Shown: piece after piece, positions 1-10,954 of the stretch
How the letters are laid out: each line of letters opens with the position of its first letter
Numbering within the stretch: the stretch's first letter is position 1
Assembly (NCBI GenBank): GCA_963772725.1
Contig: CAVYYI010000001.1
Span: 704,001-768,000, forward strand
Length of the DNA: 64,000 nt
Reading direction: 5' to 3'
Origin: an uncultured Phycisphaerales bacterium
GTDB taxonomy: Bacteria; Planctomycetota; Phycisphaerae; Sedimentisphaerales; Anaerobacaceae
Translations under genes and position numbers: made by a program
The notes under the pieces: generated by a model
What the model saw: the letters and a program-made list of their open reading frames with translations, nothing else
Databases searched by the model: none
Told to the model about the DNA's origin: nothing

Positions 1-2525
1 GATTTCAGTTTGCCCTTTTTATACAAATCAAGGAGGTAGCTCATCAGTTCAAAGGTATTTTCGGAGATAAGTTTCGCGTCATCGCTGTTAATAAAATGCC
101 GCAGTTCATTTTTAAGGCACAATGCGGCGCTCGGCTCGGAACAGATAATCTTATACCCATTTCGCACGGCATCGGCGAGATGGCTGACGTTATATGCCAA
201 TTCTTTTTTCGCGGGCTTTACATCGCCATAAACAATCGAAGGCAGCGGTACGGGCAATTGTTTTGGTATAATCACATGGATATTATTGTATCTAAGCACA
301 TTGAGGACGGCAAAACCGAGTTCGTGGTCGTTATAATTGGCGTAAGTATCGACAAAATACGCGACTTTGTCTGTCGGCTTTATAATCGGTCCAGCATCGG
401 CAAGGTATTTGCGGGCTTCTTTTACAAAAGAGCCTCGTTCAAAATGCGGTATCTTTCTCCGGTGGTCGAGACCTGTGAATATTTCGAGCAGCCATTTTAC
501 AACCGCCAGGTTCATCACAAAATTGGACAGCGGTGAAAACTTAGTGCCGAATATTGAGAGCAGGCGATTTCTGCTTAGGAGCTTCTGTGTCAGCGTAAGG
601 CCTCTGCGGCTGGCGTATTTTTCACGGGCGGCGATTATGAGCTTTGAGATATCGACGCCGGATGGACACTGGATAGAGCAGGCCTTGCAGTTGACGCACA
701 AACTTAAAAATTTGCGGAACTCTTCCGATGCGAAATCTTTTCTATCGAGCTGACCGGTTGCCCAGAAACGAAGGACGTTTGCCTTTGCGCGTGAGCTACT
801 GAGTTCTTCGCCTAATGCACGAAAGACAGGACACATTCGCAGGTCGTTAGCCCGCGAGAGGCAGACACCGCAGCCGCTGCATTTTTCGAGTTCGTATTCA
901 TATTCATTTTCGTCGAAGAGGAGATTTGTTTTGAGCCGTTCGGCCAGCAGTTTATGACCGGCACGGAGGTTTTTGGTCATTATATCTGCGTCGGTGTTGA
1001 TTATCTTACCGGGGTTGAGCAGATTATCAGGGTCAAAAATATTTTTGATGGCGCGGAGCAGTTCGTAAAATTCATTTCCGTACTGCCGCTTGATAAATGC
1101 TGCTCGCACGAGACCATCGGCATGCTCGCCGCTGATTGACCCGCCCAGCGACCAGACCAGCTCGAACACATCATTAGCGATAGCCAGCATCTTTTCAACA
1201 TCAGCGGCATCGCCAAGGTCGAGATAAGGCCGAACATGCAGTTCGCCGTCACCCGCGTGGCCGTAAAAGGACATTGGGAAATTATATTTTTCACTGATGC
1301 GCTTCAGGCCGACGATGTATTCGGCCAGTTTTACGTTCTCAACAGAGGCATCCTCGATAAACGGCACAGGCTGTTTTCTGCCCTTATTCCTGCTCAACAG
1401 CGGTACCGCGTCCTTACGGGATTTCCAAAGCCTTTTCTGCTGCTGGGCATCGAAGAATATATTTCTTCCGCATGCATTTTCACCTATGAGCGAATCGGTC
1501 TTTTCAATCTTTTCGCGAACCACATCGCTTGTGTCGCCGGTATGCTCAACCAGCAGAACAACTTCCGCATCGGCAGGGAGAATGTCACGGTATTGCGGCA
1601 TCGCATCGAGTGCCATCGCAATTAATGTTTTGTCCATAAGTTCGCAGGCCGATGCGCCGGTACTGACAATCAGCGGGACAGCCTTTGCCATTTTTTCGAG
1701 CGAATCAAATTCGAGCTGCAGCAGGACCTTTACCTTTGGCAGAGGGACGGTTTTAAGTTTAATCTTTGTAAAAACCGCAAGCGTACTTTCAGAGCCTGCC
1801 ATCAGTCGGGCCAAATCGACTTTACCATCGTGGCACAAGCCTGCGATGTTATAACCGCTGTGATTTCGTTTTGTCCGCGGCAGGGCTTTATTAATTATTT
1901 CATTTTTGCCCGAAAGCACAGCGAGACATTTTTCCGCGAGGTGAACAAGTTGTTCATTGCCGCCTTTTTTCGGGTCGAAATTATTTTCCAGGTTAACGAG
2001 TGTACCGTCAGCAAGTATCGCTTCGATGCTTTCAACGTGGTCTGCGATATAGCCATATTCGAGCGAATGAGCGCCTGTCGCGTTGTTGGCGACACAGCCG
2101 CCGATAACAGCACGATTTCCGCTGGACGGGTCGGGGCCTATTTTTCTGCCGTATTTGGCGAGATAATCATTAACCTCATCGAATACCACACCCGGCTCGC
2201 ATATAACATATTCACCATTATTTTCGATGCCAATAATCCTGTTCATATAACGGGTCATATCGAGAATTATCCCTGTGCCGAGCGATTCGCCTGCTACACC
2301 GCTGCCTGCACCACGGGCGACAACAGGTATATTATTTTCCGCCGCGAAACCAATAACAGCGGCCGCATCGGAAGCGTCGCAGGGTGCGATAACGTATTGC
2401 GGAACAATCTGGTAAATACTGGCGTCAGTGCTGAAGGCAGCGCGATGCAGTACATCCGTAAAGACATCGCCGTCAACAATTTTCGACAAATGTGCGGCAA
2501 TTTTTTTTGCGTTGAGGGCGGTCAT
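1..2525 (-). CDS. FAD-linked oxidoreductase with C-terminal Fe-S/CCG domains (GlcD/GlpC-type fusion); runs off window start
   Basis: Manual translation from ATG at 2525: MTALNAKKIAAHLS...TDASIYQIVP (FAD-binding start), EHADG, CSGCGVC...MCP and CVNCKACSIQCP ferredoxin motifs. Missing from the ORF track because it has no stop in the window; several + strand shadow ORFs share its frame. Confidence 0.8.
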   Translation of the reverse strand, partial: MTALNAKKIAAHLSKIVDGDVFTDVLHRAAFSTDASIYQIVPQYVIAPCDASDAAAVIGFAAENNIPVVARGAGSGVAGESLGTGIILDMTRYMNRIIGIENNGEYVICEPGVVFDEVNDYLAKYGRKIGPDPSSGNRAVIGGCVANNATGAHSLEYGYIADHVESIEAILADGTLVNLENNFDPKKGGNEQLVHLAEKCLAVLSGKNEIINKALPRTKRNHSGYNIAGLCHDGKVDLARLMAGSESTLAVFTKIKLKTVPLPKVKVLLQLEFDSLEKMAKAVPLIVSTGASACELMDKTLIAMALDAMPQYRDILPADAEVVLLVEHTGDTSDVVREKIEKTDSLIGENACGRNIFFDAQQQKRLWKSRKDAVPLLSRNKGRKQPVPFIEDASVENVKLAEYIVGLKRISEKYNFPMSFYGHAGDGELHVRPYLDLGDAADVEKMLAIANDVFELVWSLGGSISGEHADGLVRAAFIKRQYGNEFYELLRAIKNIFDPDNLLNPGKIINTDADIMTKNLRAGHKLLAERLKTNLLFDENEYEYELEKCSGCGVCLSRANDLRMCPVFRALGEELSSSRAKANVLRFWATGQLDRKDFASEEFRKFLSLCVNCKACSIQCPSGVDISKLIIAAREKYASRRGLTLTQKLLSRNRLLSIFGTKFSPLSNFVMNLAVVKWLLEIFTGLDHRRKIPHFERGSFVKEARKYLADAGPIIKPTDKVAYFVDTYANYNDHELGFAVLNVLRYNNIHVIIPKQLPVPLPSIVYGDVKPAKKELAYNVSHLADAVRNGYKIICSEPSAALCLKNELRHFINSDDAKLISENTFELMSYLLDLYKKGKLK

Positions 2526-3355
2526 TTACTACGGCCTTTAGGTTCGTCAGATACGAACTCAGTTTGAGAAATACTCGAATTATTCCGCAGACCTGCAAGC
2601 TCTTCTTCGCCTGCATGGCCTGTGATAAACTGCTGAACAATCTGATTTTTGCTGTTGCGGATATAATCCGCGTTTCCGTCAGCGATGATTCTGCCATTGT
2701 GAAGCATAACGATCCTGTCGGCGACTTTATAGGCGCTTTTCATATCGTGTGTAACAGCCACGCTTGTAACACCAAGTTCCTGCTGAAGCTTGCGTATAAG
2801 CTCATTGATTACATCGGAACGAATTGGGTCAAGTCCGGTGGTTGGTTCATCATAAAGAATTATTTCGGGGTTCAGCGCGATGGCTCTGGCCAGAGCGACC
2901 CTTTTTCGCTGGCCGCCGGAAAGTTTGGCAGGGTAGTAGTTTTGAAAACCATCGAGGCCGACCATTGCCAGTTTGGCTTTAACGAGGTCATGAGTTTTAT
3001 CGCCGGAGATAAACTGATGATGCTGCCGGATAGGAAAGAGAATATTTTCCGCGACGGTGATACTGTCGAATCAGACCCCGCTTTGAAAGAGAAAGCCGTA
3101 ATGGGTGCGTATCTCGTTTAATTCATCTTCATGCAGATTATCGATTCTTTGGCCCTTGAAATAAATTTCACCTGATGTGGGTCTGAGCAGCACGAGCAGA
3201 TGTTTTATCAGAACTGTTTTGCCGCAGCCGCTTGGGCCGATGACAACGGTTGTTTTGCCTTTTTCAATGGAAAGAGAAATATCGTTGAGAACAATATTGT
3301 CGCCAAACTTCTTTGTAAGATTCTTAACAACGATTACTTCGCTGTTTTCACTCAT
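2522..3355 (-). CDS. MlaF/Ttg2A-like ABC transporter ATP-binding protein (split by apparent frameshift near 3075)
   Basis: Walker A GPSGCGKT in ORF 3071-3355; LSGGQ signature, Walker B ILYDEPTTGLDP and VTHD in ORF 2522-2965; adjacent to MlaE. Confidence 0.85.
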
Positions 3356-3365
3356 ATTTTATTCC

Positions 3366-4175
3366 TTATACGAGGCTTTTTAACGGCCAGAATGTATCAT
3401 AGATAGCATTGGAAATCACCGCAATTGAAAAATCAAGAGCCAAAATTGAAATAAAACTTGCTACAAACGCTTCAGTACAAGCACGCCCAACGCCCTGCGC
3501 ACCTTCCCGGCAATGAAAACCTTTATAGCAGCTTATGGCAGCGATGGCGACTCCGAAGAAAAATCCTTTTACAATACCAACTCCGATATCCCAGAAATCA
3601 ACACCTGCAGCAGTAAAATCCCAATACGCTTTGCCGTTAATACCAAACTGAACAACGCCGACAAAATATCCGCCCAATACGCCCATAAGATTGGCATAAA
3701 TGATTAAAAATGGTGTCAGCAGCAGACACGCTAAAAGCCTTGGCGCGACTAAATAACGGACAGGGTCAGTTCCCATACTTCGAACCGCGTCAATCTGCTC
3801 AGTAACCTTCATCGTACCTAATTCCGCTGTAAGGGCGCCTCCGACGCGTCCAGCCAACATTACAGCCGCCAGAACTGGACCGAGTTCCTTTACAACCGCG
3901 ACATTTATCAAAACACCGAGATGCTCTTCAAGCCCCATACCGGCAAGCTGGGCGTAGGACTGAACAGCCAGAATCATTCCGACAAATGCGCCCGTTATCA
4001 TAACAATAGGAACGCTCTGAACACCGATAAGGTTCATCTGTGTGCAGATGAGTGAATACGTATCGCTTCTGCTGAAACTTCTCAGGGAGGCGTTTGTCGC
4101 CTGGCCTAAAAATCGTCCGAACCTGCCGATTTCGCCTACCATTTCCGCGGCCCTGATATTAAGTACCCCTGTCAT
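3366..4175 (-). CDS. MlaE family ABC transporter permease
   Basis: KELGPVLAAVMLAGRVGGALTAELGTMKVTEQIDA and GAQGVGRACT motifs typical of MlaE. Confidence 0.9.
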   Translation of the reverse strand: MTGVLNIRAAEMVGEIGRFGRFLGQATNASLRSFSRSDTYSLICTQMNLIGVQSVPIVMITGAFVGMILAVQSYAQLAGMGLEEHLGVLINVAVVKELGPVLAAVMLAGRVGGALTAELGTMKVTEQIDAVRSMGTDPVRYLVAPRLLACLLLTPFLIIYANLMGVLGGYFVGVVQFGINGKAYWDFTAAGVDFWDIGVGIVKGFFFGVAIAAISCYKGFHCREGAQGVGRACTEAFVASFISILALDFSIAVISNAIYDTFWPLKSLV

Positions 4176-4336
4176 AGTTTTTACTCCTAAAAATCATTAT
4201 CTCAGCACAAAAAACCGGCTTGCAGCGTATTGTAAATGCTGCTCCGGCGGAGATTGGTTCAAAAACAAGCTCTATCGCTGAATTATGAATATATGTAATT
4301 ATCAATAATTAACAAAAATAGTCAACCTACTTTTAT

Positions 4337-4365
4337 TTGCAATAATTGCACTATTTTGCTATAAT
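4337..4365 (+). promoter_or_regulatory. sigma70-type promoter for the AraC regulator
   Basis: TTGCAA-17 bp-TATAAT with an extended TG, 60 nt upstream of the ATG. Confidence 0.55.
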
Positions 4366-4424
4366 GACATAACTCTATAATTTATATATAGCTACGAGTA
4401 CATAAAGAAAGAAGTCGGCCAAAA

Positions 4425-5732
4425 ATGGCAAAAACGAACAAAGAACATTATTTAAGTAAACGTCTGACGGATAATAAGTTTCACGAGATAGAACGTATTT
4501 TTCGAAAACATTTTAAACTCGGCATAGAAACAACAGATATCGGCGGTAACGAAATAACCACCCTGTGCAGCGGCAACTGCCACCCCGAATTCTGCAAAAT
4601 CGTGCGAGGCAGCGATAAAGGACTCAAGAGATGCCTCAAAGAACGGGAAAAAAGTCTCAAAGTAGCCATAGAAACAGGGGAGTCTTATATCTCTATCTGT
4701 CACGCCGGCATAGTCCTAGTCTGTATTCCGGTTATGGATAAAGATGAGGCTCTGGGCGGTATGTTTTTCGGCAAATGCCTCTGGGCTTCTGTTACGGAAA
4801 CGCTCGTTGAAGATATACAGAAACGTCTTAAAGGACTGCATATAGACATTAACAGGCTGGCGGATTCTCTGCACGAACTGCCGGTTATACAGGGACGCAA
4901 TATTCAAAAAGCCGCCGAATTTCTTTTTGATTTACTATATGAAGTAGGGGGGTTCGATACGCGGGTCATTAGGTGGCGGCAGCAGCGATCTGAGCAGCAG
5001 TCGAAAATCGGCGAGTTTATTCATGAGAGAAAGAAATTGAGCGCCGAATGGAAATATCCACTCGAAAGCGAACGGGAACTGCTTGGCAAGGTAAAAATTG
5101 GCGACAAAACCGGCGCCAAGGAGATTCTAAATTCCATCCTCGGTACAATTCTTTTTCATAATCCCGGCGACCTCGGTATCCTGAAGGCAAGGCTGCTCGA
5201 ACTGTTGAGCATCCTGAACCGTGCGGCAGTTGAAGGCGGCGCAGATATCAATGTTATGCTCGAAAAGAATCTTTCTTACGTCAATAAGATGATGCAGATT
5301 GATACACAGGAAGACCTGTGCGCATGGATAAGCGCAGCATTGAACGAGTTCATCGAGACTGTTTACTCCACGCAGGACGCTAAAAAAATAACGCAAATCA
5401 CGCCCGCCATAAATTATATCGACGCCAATTACGATAAAACGATAAGTCTTGCCGAAATCGCCAAGGCGTCATATTTGAGCGTCTCACGTCTTGCGCACCT
5501 GTTCAAGGAGCAGATGGGTATAACGATTATTGATTATCTGACCAGTGTCAGGATTGAGCGGGCCAAACAACTGCTGCTGGCTACCAGTCAGAACTGTACG
5601 GAGATTTGTTTTCAGGTTGGCTACAACAATCAGAGTTATTTTAATCGCACATTCAAAGAGCTTGTCGGAGTGACGCCGCGGCAATTTCGCGTAGAAAATC
5701 ACAAAAGAGACAACATGTCATCGCCATTGTAA
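4425..5732 (+). CDS. AraC-family transcriptional regulator with N-terminal PocR sensory domain
   Basis: N-terminal HPEFC...C...CHAG (PocR-like); C-terminal AraC HTH with VGYNNQSYFNRTFK...TPRQFR. Confidence 0.85.
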   Translation: MAKTNKEHYLSKRLTDNKFHEIERIFRKHFKLGIETTDIGGNEITTLCSGNCHPEFCKIVRGSDKGLKRCLKEREKSLKVAIETGESYISICHAGIVLVCIPVMDKDEALGGMFFGKCLWASVTETLVEDIQKRLKGLHIDINRLADSLHELPVIQGRNIQKAAEFLFDLLYEVGGFDTRVIRWRQQRSEQQSKIGEFIHERKKLSAEWKYPLESERELLGKVKIGDKTGAKEILNSILGTILFHNPGDLGILKARLLELLSILNRAAVEGGADINVMLEKNLSYVNKMMQIDTQEDLCAWISAALNEFIETVYSTQDAKKITQITPAINYIDANYDKTISLAEIAKASYLSVSRLAHLFKEQMGITIIDYLTSVRIERAKQLLLATSQNCTEICFQVGYNNQSYFNRTFKELVGVTPRQFRVENHKRDNMSSPL

Positions 5733-5809
5733 AAAACGCAGAAGCAGCATCGAGAGGCTAAGCCAAAGACAACTTCAAGAATTTTTGAAAAGATGGTAAC
5801 GAAAAATTA

Positions 5810-5840
5810 AAAAACCGCCGGATTAAGACCGGCGGTTTTT
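5810..5840. terminator. bidirectional intrinsic terminator
   Basis: AAAAACCGCCGG-loop-CCGGCGGTTTTT between convergent genes. Confidence 0.8.
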
Positions 5841-5864
5841 GATTTGAAGAAAGAAAGTTGTGGA

Positions 5865-7919
5865 TTACTTGGAAGCATTTTCAGCGTTGGCGGCTCTGAT
5901 TTTTTCCAGCAGACCCAGCAGTTTTGAGGCTGCGTCATAATTGTTGGCGTTGAGAGCGGCATGCTGGAGCGGCTCAACGGCGGTATCAATTTCGCCGATG
6001 CCGAGCAACTGGTAGCCCAAAAGAAGCTGTAAATCTATGTTATAATTATCCTGAACGGCTTTTGCGGTGAGGGTATCAATCTGTTTGACGAGGACATCAT
6101 CTTCGGAGTAGAGGCCGCGCGGATAAAAAACGCCTTGAGCTTCGGGGGTAACATTCTTCATGGCTGTGCGCAGAATGTCGGCGGCGTCGGAGTATCTCTC
6201 AGCGGCGAAGAGGGCCTGGACATACGCGAATGGAAGGACGGTATCTTCGGGGGAGATGCTGTACGCCTGGGAGAATCTGTCGATTGCGGCGGTGTAGTCG
6301 GCGGCTTCAAAGGCTTTGACGCCTTCGTCGAAATATGTGTCGGCGGTGGTTGGCTTGGCGGGTGGTGCGAGCTGCGCGGATGGGGCAGGTAAGACGCTTT
6401 GATTAAGCGGGGCCGTGTTGATAGCGACAGGGACGGAGGTGTCAGCCCGGAGTAGTGCTATTATTGGTGGTATAGTAGTTGTAGGTGTAATAGTTGTAGG
6501 TGTTGCCCTAGACTTCGTATGGGACGGGTGAATAGCCGTACCATGCGTAAGGGTGATAGCCATACCAGTAGTATCGGGCATAGGTGTAGTTGGCGGGCCA
6601 GTAACCGCACAGGCTCACGAAGACGTATCTGCGAAGCTGGTATGGATACACATAGTGGTATGTCTCCCAGGGGCCAAAGTTGTAATAGACCGCGAAACTG
6701 AAACCCGGCCAAACAATCCGCGTGCATATACGGTTATGGTAGTCGAAGTACACATGTTCATAGCGGCGGTGATGGGAATCATGATGATGCGGATTGTAAG
6801 AATATGTAGCGTGGTTGAAATTGTTGACGATTCGCGTTTTGTTAACAGTGATGTTCACGCTATTGGTTGAGTTACCGGTTCTTCCTGGTCTGGAATTGCC
6901 TGAAAGGTTGTCGAGCATTGTGAGGTTGACTTCTCTTCGTTTTTGAGAGATTGTCGGCGGAATATCGCGGTCTTTACGATTCAACGCTGAGAATTTTCGT
7001 TCGAGTGTGCCGCTGCTGTCGCGGGTTCTGGAAAAAACCTTGACATTGTGACTGCTGTCAGTCTCTGCTGGTGCTGTACGAATAGAAACCTTGTTATCCG
7101 GACTTATTGTTTCGCCGATTCTGCTGCGGTTATGGTCGAGCGTTCTTTCGGGCTTGGTAACGGTAACAACCGATTTATCGTTAGCTGCGCCGCTGTCGCG
7201 TTTTGTTTCGGGAAGCGGATTTTTCACGATACCGACGGAAGGCCTATCATTATTTTGCGATGGTGCATCTCTTTTAGCGGTGAAAACTCTGCTTCGTGTG
7301 GCTTCGGAAGGATTCATGCGAATTACCGGCGTTGATGTTATCCCTTTTTGCGGATTAGATTCTGTATGTGCGGGGGTTTTAACGGCGGTAATATCCTGCG
7401 TAGGTTTATTGACAGCAGGTGTTGTCGTCTGGGGTGAATTATTAAATTTCATTCTGGAAGAGGCGTTGAAATTTGTGCCATGGTCTTCGATTGCATTGCG
7501 GTGTGAGTCCCGCATTGGTGAAGCGGGCATGGCGGGCTTTGCTGTCGCGGGACTGCTGATAACTGGCTGGCGCGGAGCTCTATGCTGCGATTCGAAGGTG
7601 CAGCAGGGGTGGCTGGCATTGGTGTAATAGTTACCGCGGGTCTGTTGACAATCTGCGGCCGCGGGGTCTCTACGCTGCGTCGAGAACTTTCGACACTGCG
7701 AGATGGGGCGGCTGGCGGTGAAGCGCGAACGGCGGGGGCGGCAGGAGCTGTGTTCGCGGATTGTTTATCCGATTGAGCGGTCTGCCGGTCAGATGATGAT
7801 GACCCCTGGCTTCCGCTATCTCGCGGGCCTCTTGCGGAGGCAGGTTCAATAAGGAATATCAAAGCCAGAGCCAGCACAATAGAAACGAAATTCCATTTTG
7901 TTTGATTGAGTGCTAACAT
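5865..7919 (-). CDS. secreted protein: signal peptide, long disordered region, Tyr/His/Trp-rich segment, C-terminal TPR (three frame pieces)
   Basis: ORFs 7449-7919 (signal peptide ending PASA), 6508-7530 (low complexity, then HHHDSHH and YxYY-rich) and 5865-6581 (TPR-like helices) overlap end to end. Confidence 0.6.
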
Positions 7920-8007
7920 TTTGAATCTCCTTTCCGCGGGCTGTTTTGAAGCCGCCTCGGTCGTTGCCCGTGCTGCGCCTCGGCTGACAGAGTTTAGTTT
8001 ACTTCAA

Positions 8008-8517
8008 TTATGTATCACGTTTGGATTCGATATATTCTTTATTAAGCTCATTATCATTTTTGTTATTGGCTGCAAGATATTTATCGAAAAATTTTATCGC
8101 TCGCCTGAACACATTCAGCATGACTTCCTTCTCTTCATCGCTGACATTTATGGCCTGGATTATGGCCCGAAAGCGTTCTGCCCGCTGCATATTGAAAACC
8201 TCGATTGTTTTTTTACCTTTTGGTGTAAGCTCGATAAAAGTTGTTCTTTGGTCGTCGGGGCTTATAGTCTTAGAGACCATTTTCATATCACGCCAGAGCC
8301 TGGTTATGGTGGTTGATATTGTGCTGCCGCTGGTGGTGGGGTCTGCTGCCGAGATTTCTGAGACGGTCATTTTGCCGTTATCGTTTAGCAGGTCAAGAAT
8401 CATCCACTCTCGCTCAGTAAGGCCTTGTGAATCGGCTTGTTCTTCCTGCTTTGCCCTAAGCAGCCTTAGCTTTGAGCCGAGGTCTCGCATTACTTTTTCC
8501 AGTTCCGCTGAGTACAT
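8008..8517 (-). CDS. MarR family transcriptional regulator
   Basis: LTEREW...L, winged HTH, DDQRTTFIELTPKGK motif. Confidence 0.85.
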   Translation of the reverse strand: MYSAELEKVMRDLGSKLRLLRAKQEEQADSQGLTEREWMILDLLNDNGKMTVSEISAADPTTSGSTISTTITRLWRDMKMVSKTISPDDQRTTFIELTPKGKKTIEVFNMQRAERFRAIIQAINVSDEEKEVMLNVFRRAIKFFDKYLAANNKNDNELNKEYIESKRDT

Positions 8518-8910
8518 TTTTAGCTCCTGATAAACTTGTTTCTAAATTCTAATACTGTTTTATAATCAAATAGTTCATTTGTCAAACATATTTTTTAAAA
8601 AATAGTTCAAAAACTAAAATAATTTTTAAATAAACTAATGGATTCAGCCTAAATAAGGCGGCCCAAGAACCATAACATCTTTATTTACAAGGAGTTAGTA
8701 AAATATAGATATGGCTGTCAAAAAAAATGAAATTTTCTAAGAATTTTAAGAAAAAATTTAAAAAAAACAGTGGAAAATGGATTTAAACCGTTGCGATATT
8801 ACGAGGATTTTGATATTTTGAATATATCGGGGTCAGGAAAATATTTCAAGGAATATTAAATGGTCAATACGAAATAGAAGCAAATCTTTAATTTCAAGGG
8901 AGGCAAAACT

Positions 8911-9333
8911 ATGGACCTTATTGTTGAACATGCGGAAGTATGGGCGGCGAGCATTAAAGATGAGCCTGGCGGGTTGTCGCGTGTGCTGTCCGGACTGCGG
9001 GATGCCGGCGCAGACCTTGACTTTATTATCGCGAGGCGATCGCCGGAAAAACGCGGCACAGGAGTCGTGTTCGTAACGCCACTTCGCGGCGACAGGGAGG
9101 TATCTGCGGCAACGGCTTTGGGTTTTAATGTTACCAAGAGCCTGCACTCGGTGCGAATAGAGGGGCCCAATGCGCCTGGTGTCGCGGCCGAATTAACCGA
9201 TGCTCTCGCTGACGCGAAAATAAACCTGCGAGGGTTCTCTGGGTCTGTGATAGGGACAAGGTTTGTTTTGTACATTGGTCTGGACAGCGATGAAGACGCT
9301 GAAAAAGCTGTGAACATTTTACGGAAATTGTAG
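8911..9333 (+). CDS. tandem ACT-domain protein
   Basis: DEPGGLSRVL and NAPGVAAELTDALADAKINL ACT motifs; GGAGG RBS. Confidence 0.8.
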   Translation: MDLIVEHAEVWAASIKDEPGGLSRVLSGLRDAGADLDFIIARRSPEKRGTGVVFVTPLRGDREVSAATALGFNVTKSLHSVRIEGPNAPGVAAELTDALADAKINLRGFSGSVIGTRFVLYIGLDSDEDAEKAVNILRKL

Positions 9334-9341
9334 CGGGCGAA

Positions 9342-10028
9342 TCATCGCAAAAGTTTTCCGAGCAGAGGTTTGAGTTTTCGGATGGCGTTGCCGCGATGCG
9401 AAATAGCGTTTTTTTCTTCCGAGTCTAATTGTGCGACTGTTTTATTAAGCTGCGGGACGAGGAAGATTGGGTCGTATCCGAAGCCGTTAGTACCGATTTC
9501 TTTTTCGATGATTCTGCCCTCGATGGTGCCGCGGGTTTCTATTAAAATCTTTTCTGGACTTGCCATACACAGACAGCAAACGAATCTGGCGGTTCTTTTT
9601 TCGGGTGGGGTATTTGCAAGAAGTTTGAAAACTTTTGCGATGTTGCGGTGGTCGATTAGGCTTCTACCAGCATTTTTGGCTTTTTCGCCTGAAAATCTTG
9701 CGGAGTTGACGCCTGGTGCGCCGTCGAGGGCGTCGATTACCAAACCTGAATCATCGGCGATTGTCCACAGGCCGGTTTGTTTGGCGTAGCCGAGAGCTTT
9801 TTTACGGGCGTTTTCCTCGAAGGTTTGGCCGTCTTCTTTGACTTCGGTGATATTATTGAAATCAGAGAGTTTAAGCCATTCTACGTCAAAATCGAGCATA
9901 GCGGAAAGTTCCGCGATTTTACCGGGGTTTGTTGTCGCAACGAGAATTTTTTTGGCAGCAGAATTCCCTTCGGCTTCGCTCAGGGCAGGCATAGAGGACA
10001 CAGAGATTTTTTTATTTTTAATAGACAC
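9342..10028 (-). CDS. rdgB: non-canonical purine NTP pyrophosphatase (XTP/dITP diphosphatase, HAM1)
   Basis: ATTNPGK, ADDSGL, GFGYDPIF and KNAISHRG motifs. Confidence 0.92.
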   Translation of the reverse strand: MSIKNKKISVSSMPALSEAEGNSAAKKILVATTNPGKIAELSAMLDFDVEWLKLSDFNNITEVKEDGQTFEENARKKALGYAKQTGLWTIADDSGLVIDALDGAPGVNSARFSGEKAKNAGRSLIDHRNIAKVFKLLANTPPEKRTARFVCCLCMASPEKILIETRGTIEGRIIEKEIGTNGFGYDPIFLVPQLNKTVAQLDSEEKNAISHRGNAIRKLKPLLGKLLR

Positions 10029-10042
10029 GGACTTACACTGTT

Positions 10043-10954
10043 TTAACTCAAAAGTTTTTTGAGCAGGGCACGCTGGAAGTGTAGGCGGTTTTCTGCCTGG
10101 TCGAAAATTATTTTTTCGTTGGCTTCAAAGACCTCGTCAGTAATCTCCAGGCCGCGATAGGCCGGCAGGCAGTGCATAACCTTGGCGTTTGCGGCGGCAT
10201 GGCGCGTAAGGTTATCGTTGACCTGAAAGCCTTTAAAAGCGGCGAGGCGTTTTTGCTTTTCATCTTCCTGGCCCATACTGACCCAAGTGTCGGTATAGAT
10301 AATATCGGCATCGACAACGGCATTGAAAGGGTCGTTTAGCTGCGTGACGGAGTTTGGAATTATCTGATTTGCCCGCTGGATTGAATCGGCGTCGAGTTCG
10401 TAACCTGCTGGCGAGGCGATAACCATTTTCATACCGAATTTCGCACAGGCAAAAGCCAGCGAACGCGCGACGTTGTTGCCATCACCGATAAAGGCGATTT
10501 TTATGTTTTCCGGCAGTCCCTTATGCTCCTGGATGGTCATCACATCAGCCATCGCCTGGCAGGGATGCGACCAGTCGGTAAGGGCGTTTATTACGGGAAT
10601 CGAGGCGTATTTTGCCAATTCTATTACGATGCTGTGTTCGAAGGTTCTGGCCATTATGCCGTGAGCGTATCGGCTAAGCACACGTGCTATATCTTTGACG
10701 GCCTCACGCTTGCCGATACCGCCGATGTCCTCTGGTTTGACGTAAATAGGATTTCCGCCGAGGTCAGTCATAGCGATCTGAAAGCTCATCCGTGTTCGCA
10801 GACTGGGCTTTTCAAAGAGCATAACCAGGATTTTGCCGGAAAGGCACAAATCCCTGCCGCCGGTTTTATATAATTTTTTTAGTTCGAGGGTGTTATCAAC
10901 TAATTCCTTGAGCAGGGGTACCGGCGTATTATTTATGGAAATAAAATCTTTCAT
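10043..10954 (-). CDS. argF: ornithine carbamoyltransferase
   Basis: FEKPSLRTR, HPCQ, HCLP and QAENR motifs; in an arg operon. Confidence 0.93.
   Translation of the reverse strand: MKDFISINNTPVPLLKELVDNTLELKKLYKTGGRDLCLSGKILVMLFEKPSLRTRMSFQIAMTDLGGNPIYVKPEDIGGIGKREAVKDIARVLSRYAHGIMARTFEHSIVIELAKYASIPVINALTDWSHPCQAMADVMTIQEHKGLPENIKIAFIGDGNNVARSLAFACAKFGMKMVIASPAGYELDADSIQRANQIIPNSVTQLNDPFNAVVDADIIYTDTWVSMGQEDEKQKRLAAFKGFQVNDNLTRHAAANAKVMHCLPAYRGLEITDEVFEANEKIIFDQAENRLHFQRALLKKLLS

Noticed and set aside
96..2567. Several + strand ORFs (96-536, 954-1139, 1236-1625, 1830-2567)
   Set aside because: All are antisense shadows in the frame of the minus-strand FAD/Fe-S oxidoreductase.
8530..8900. 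MarR operator or small RNA in the AT-rich intergenic region
   Set aside because: Only weak repeats (AAATAGTTCA twice) in very AT-rich DNA; not distinguishable from chance by eye.
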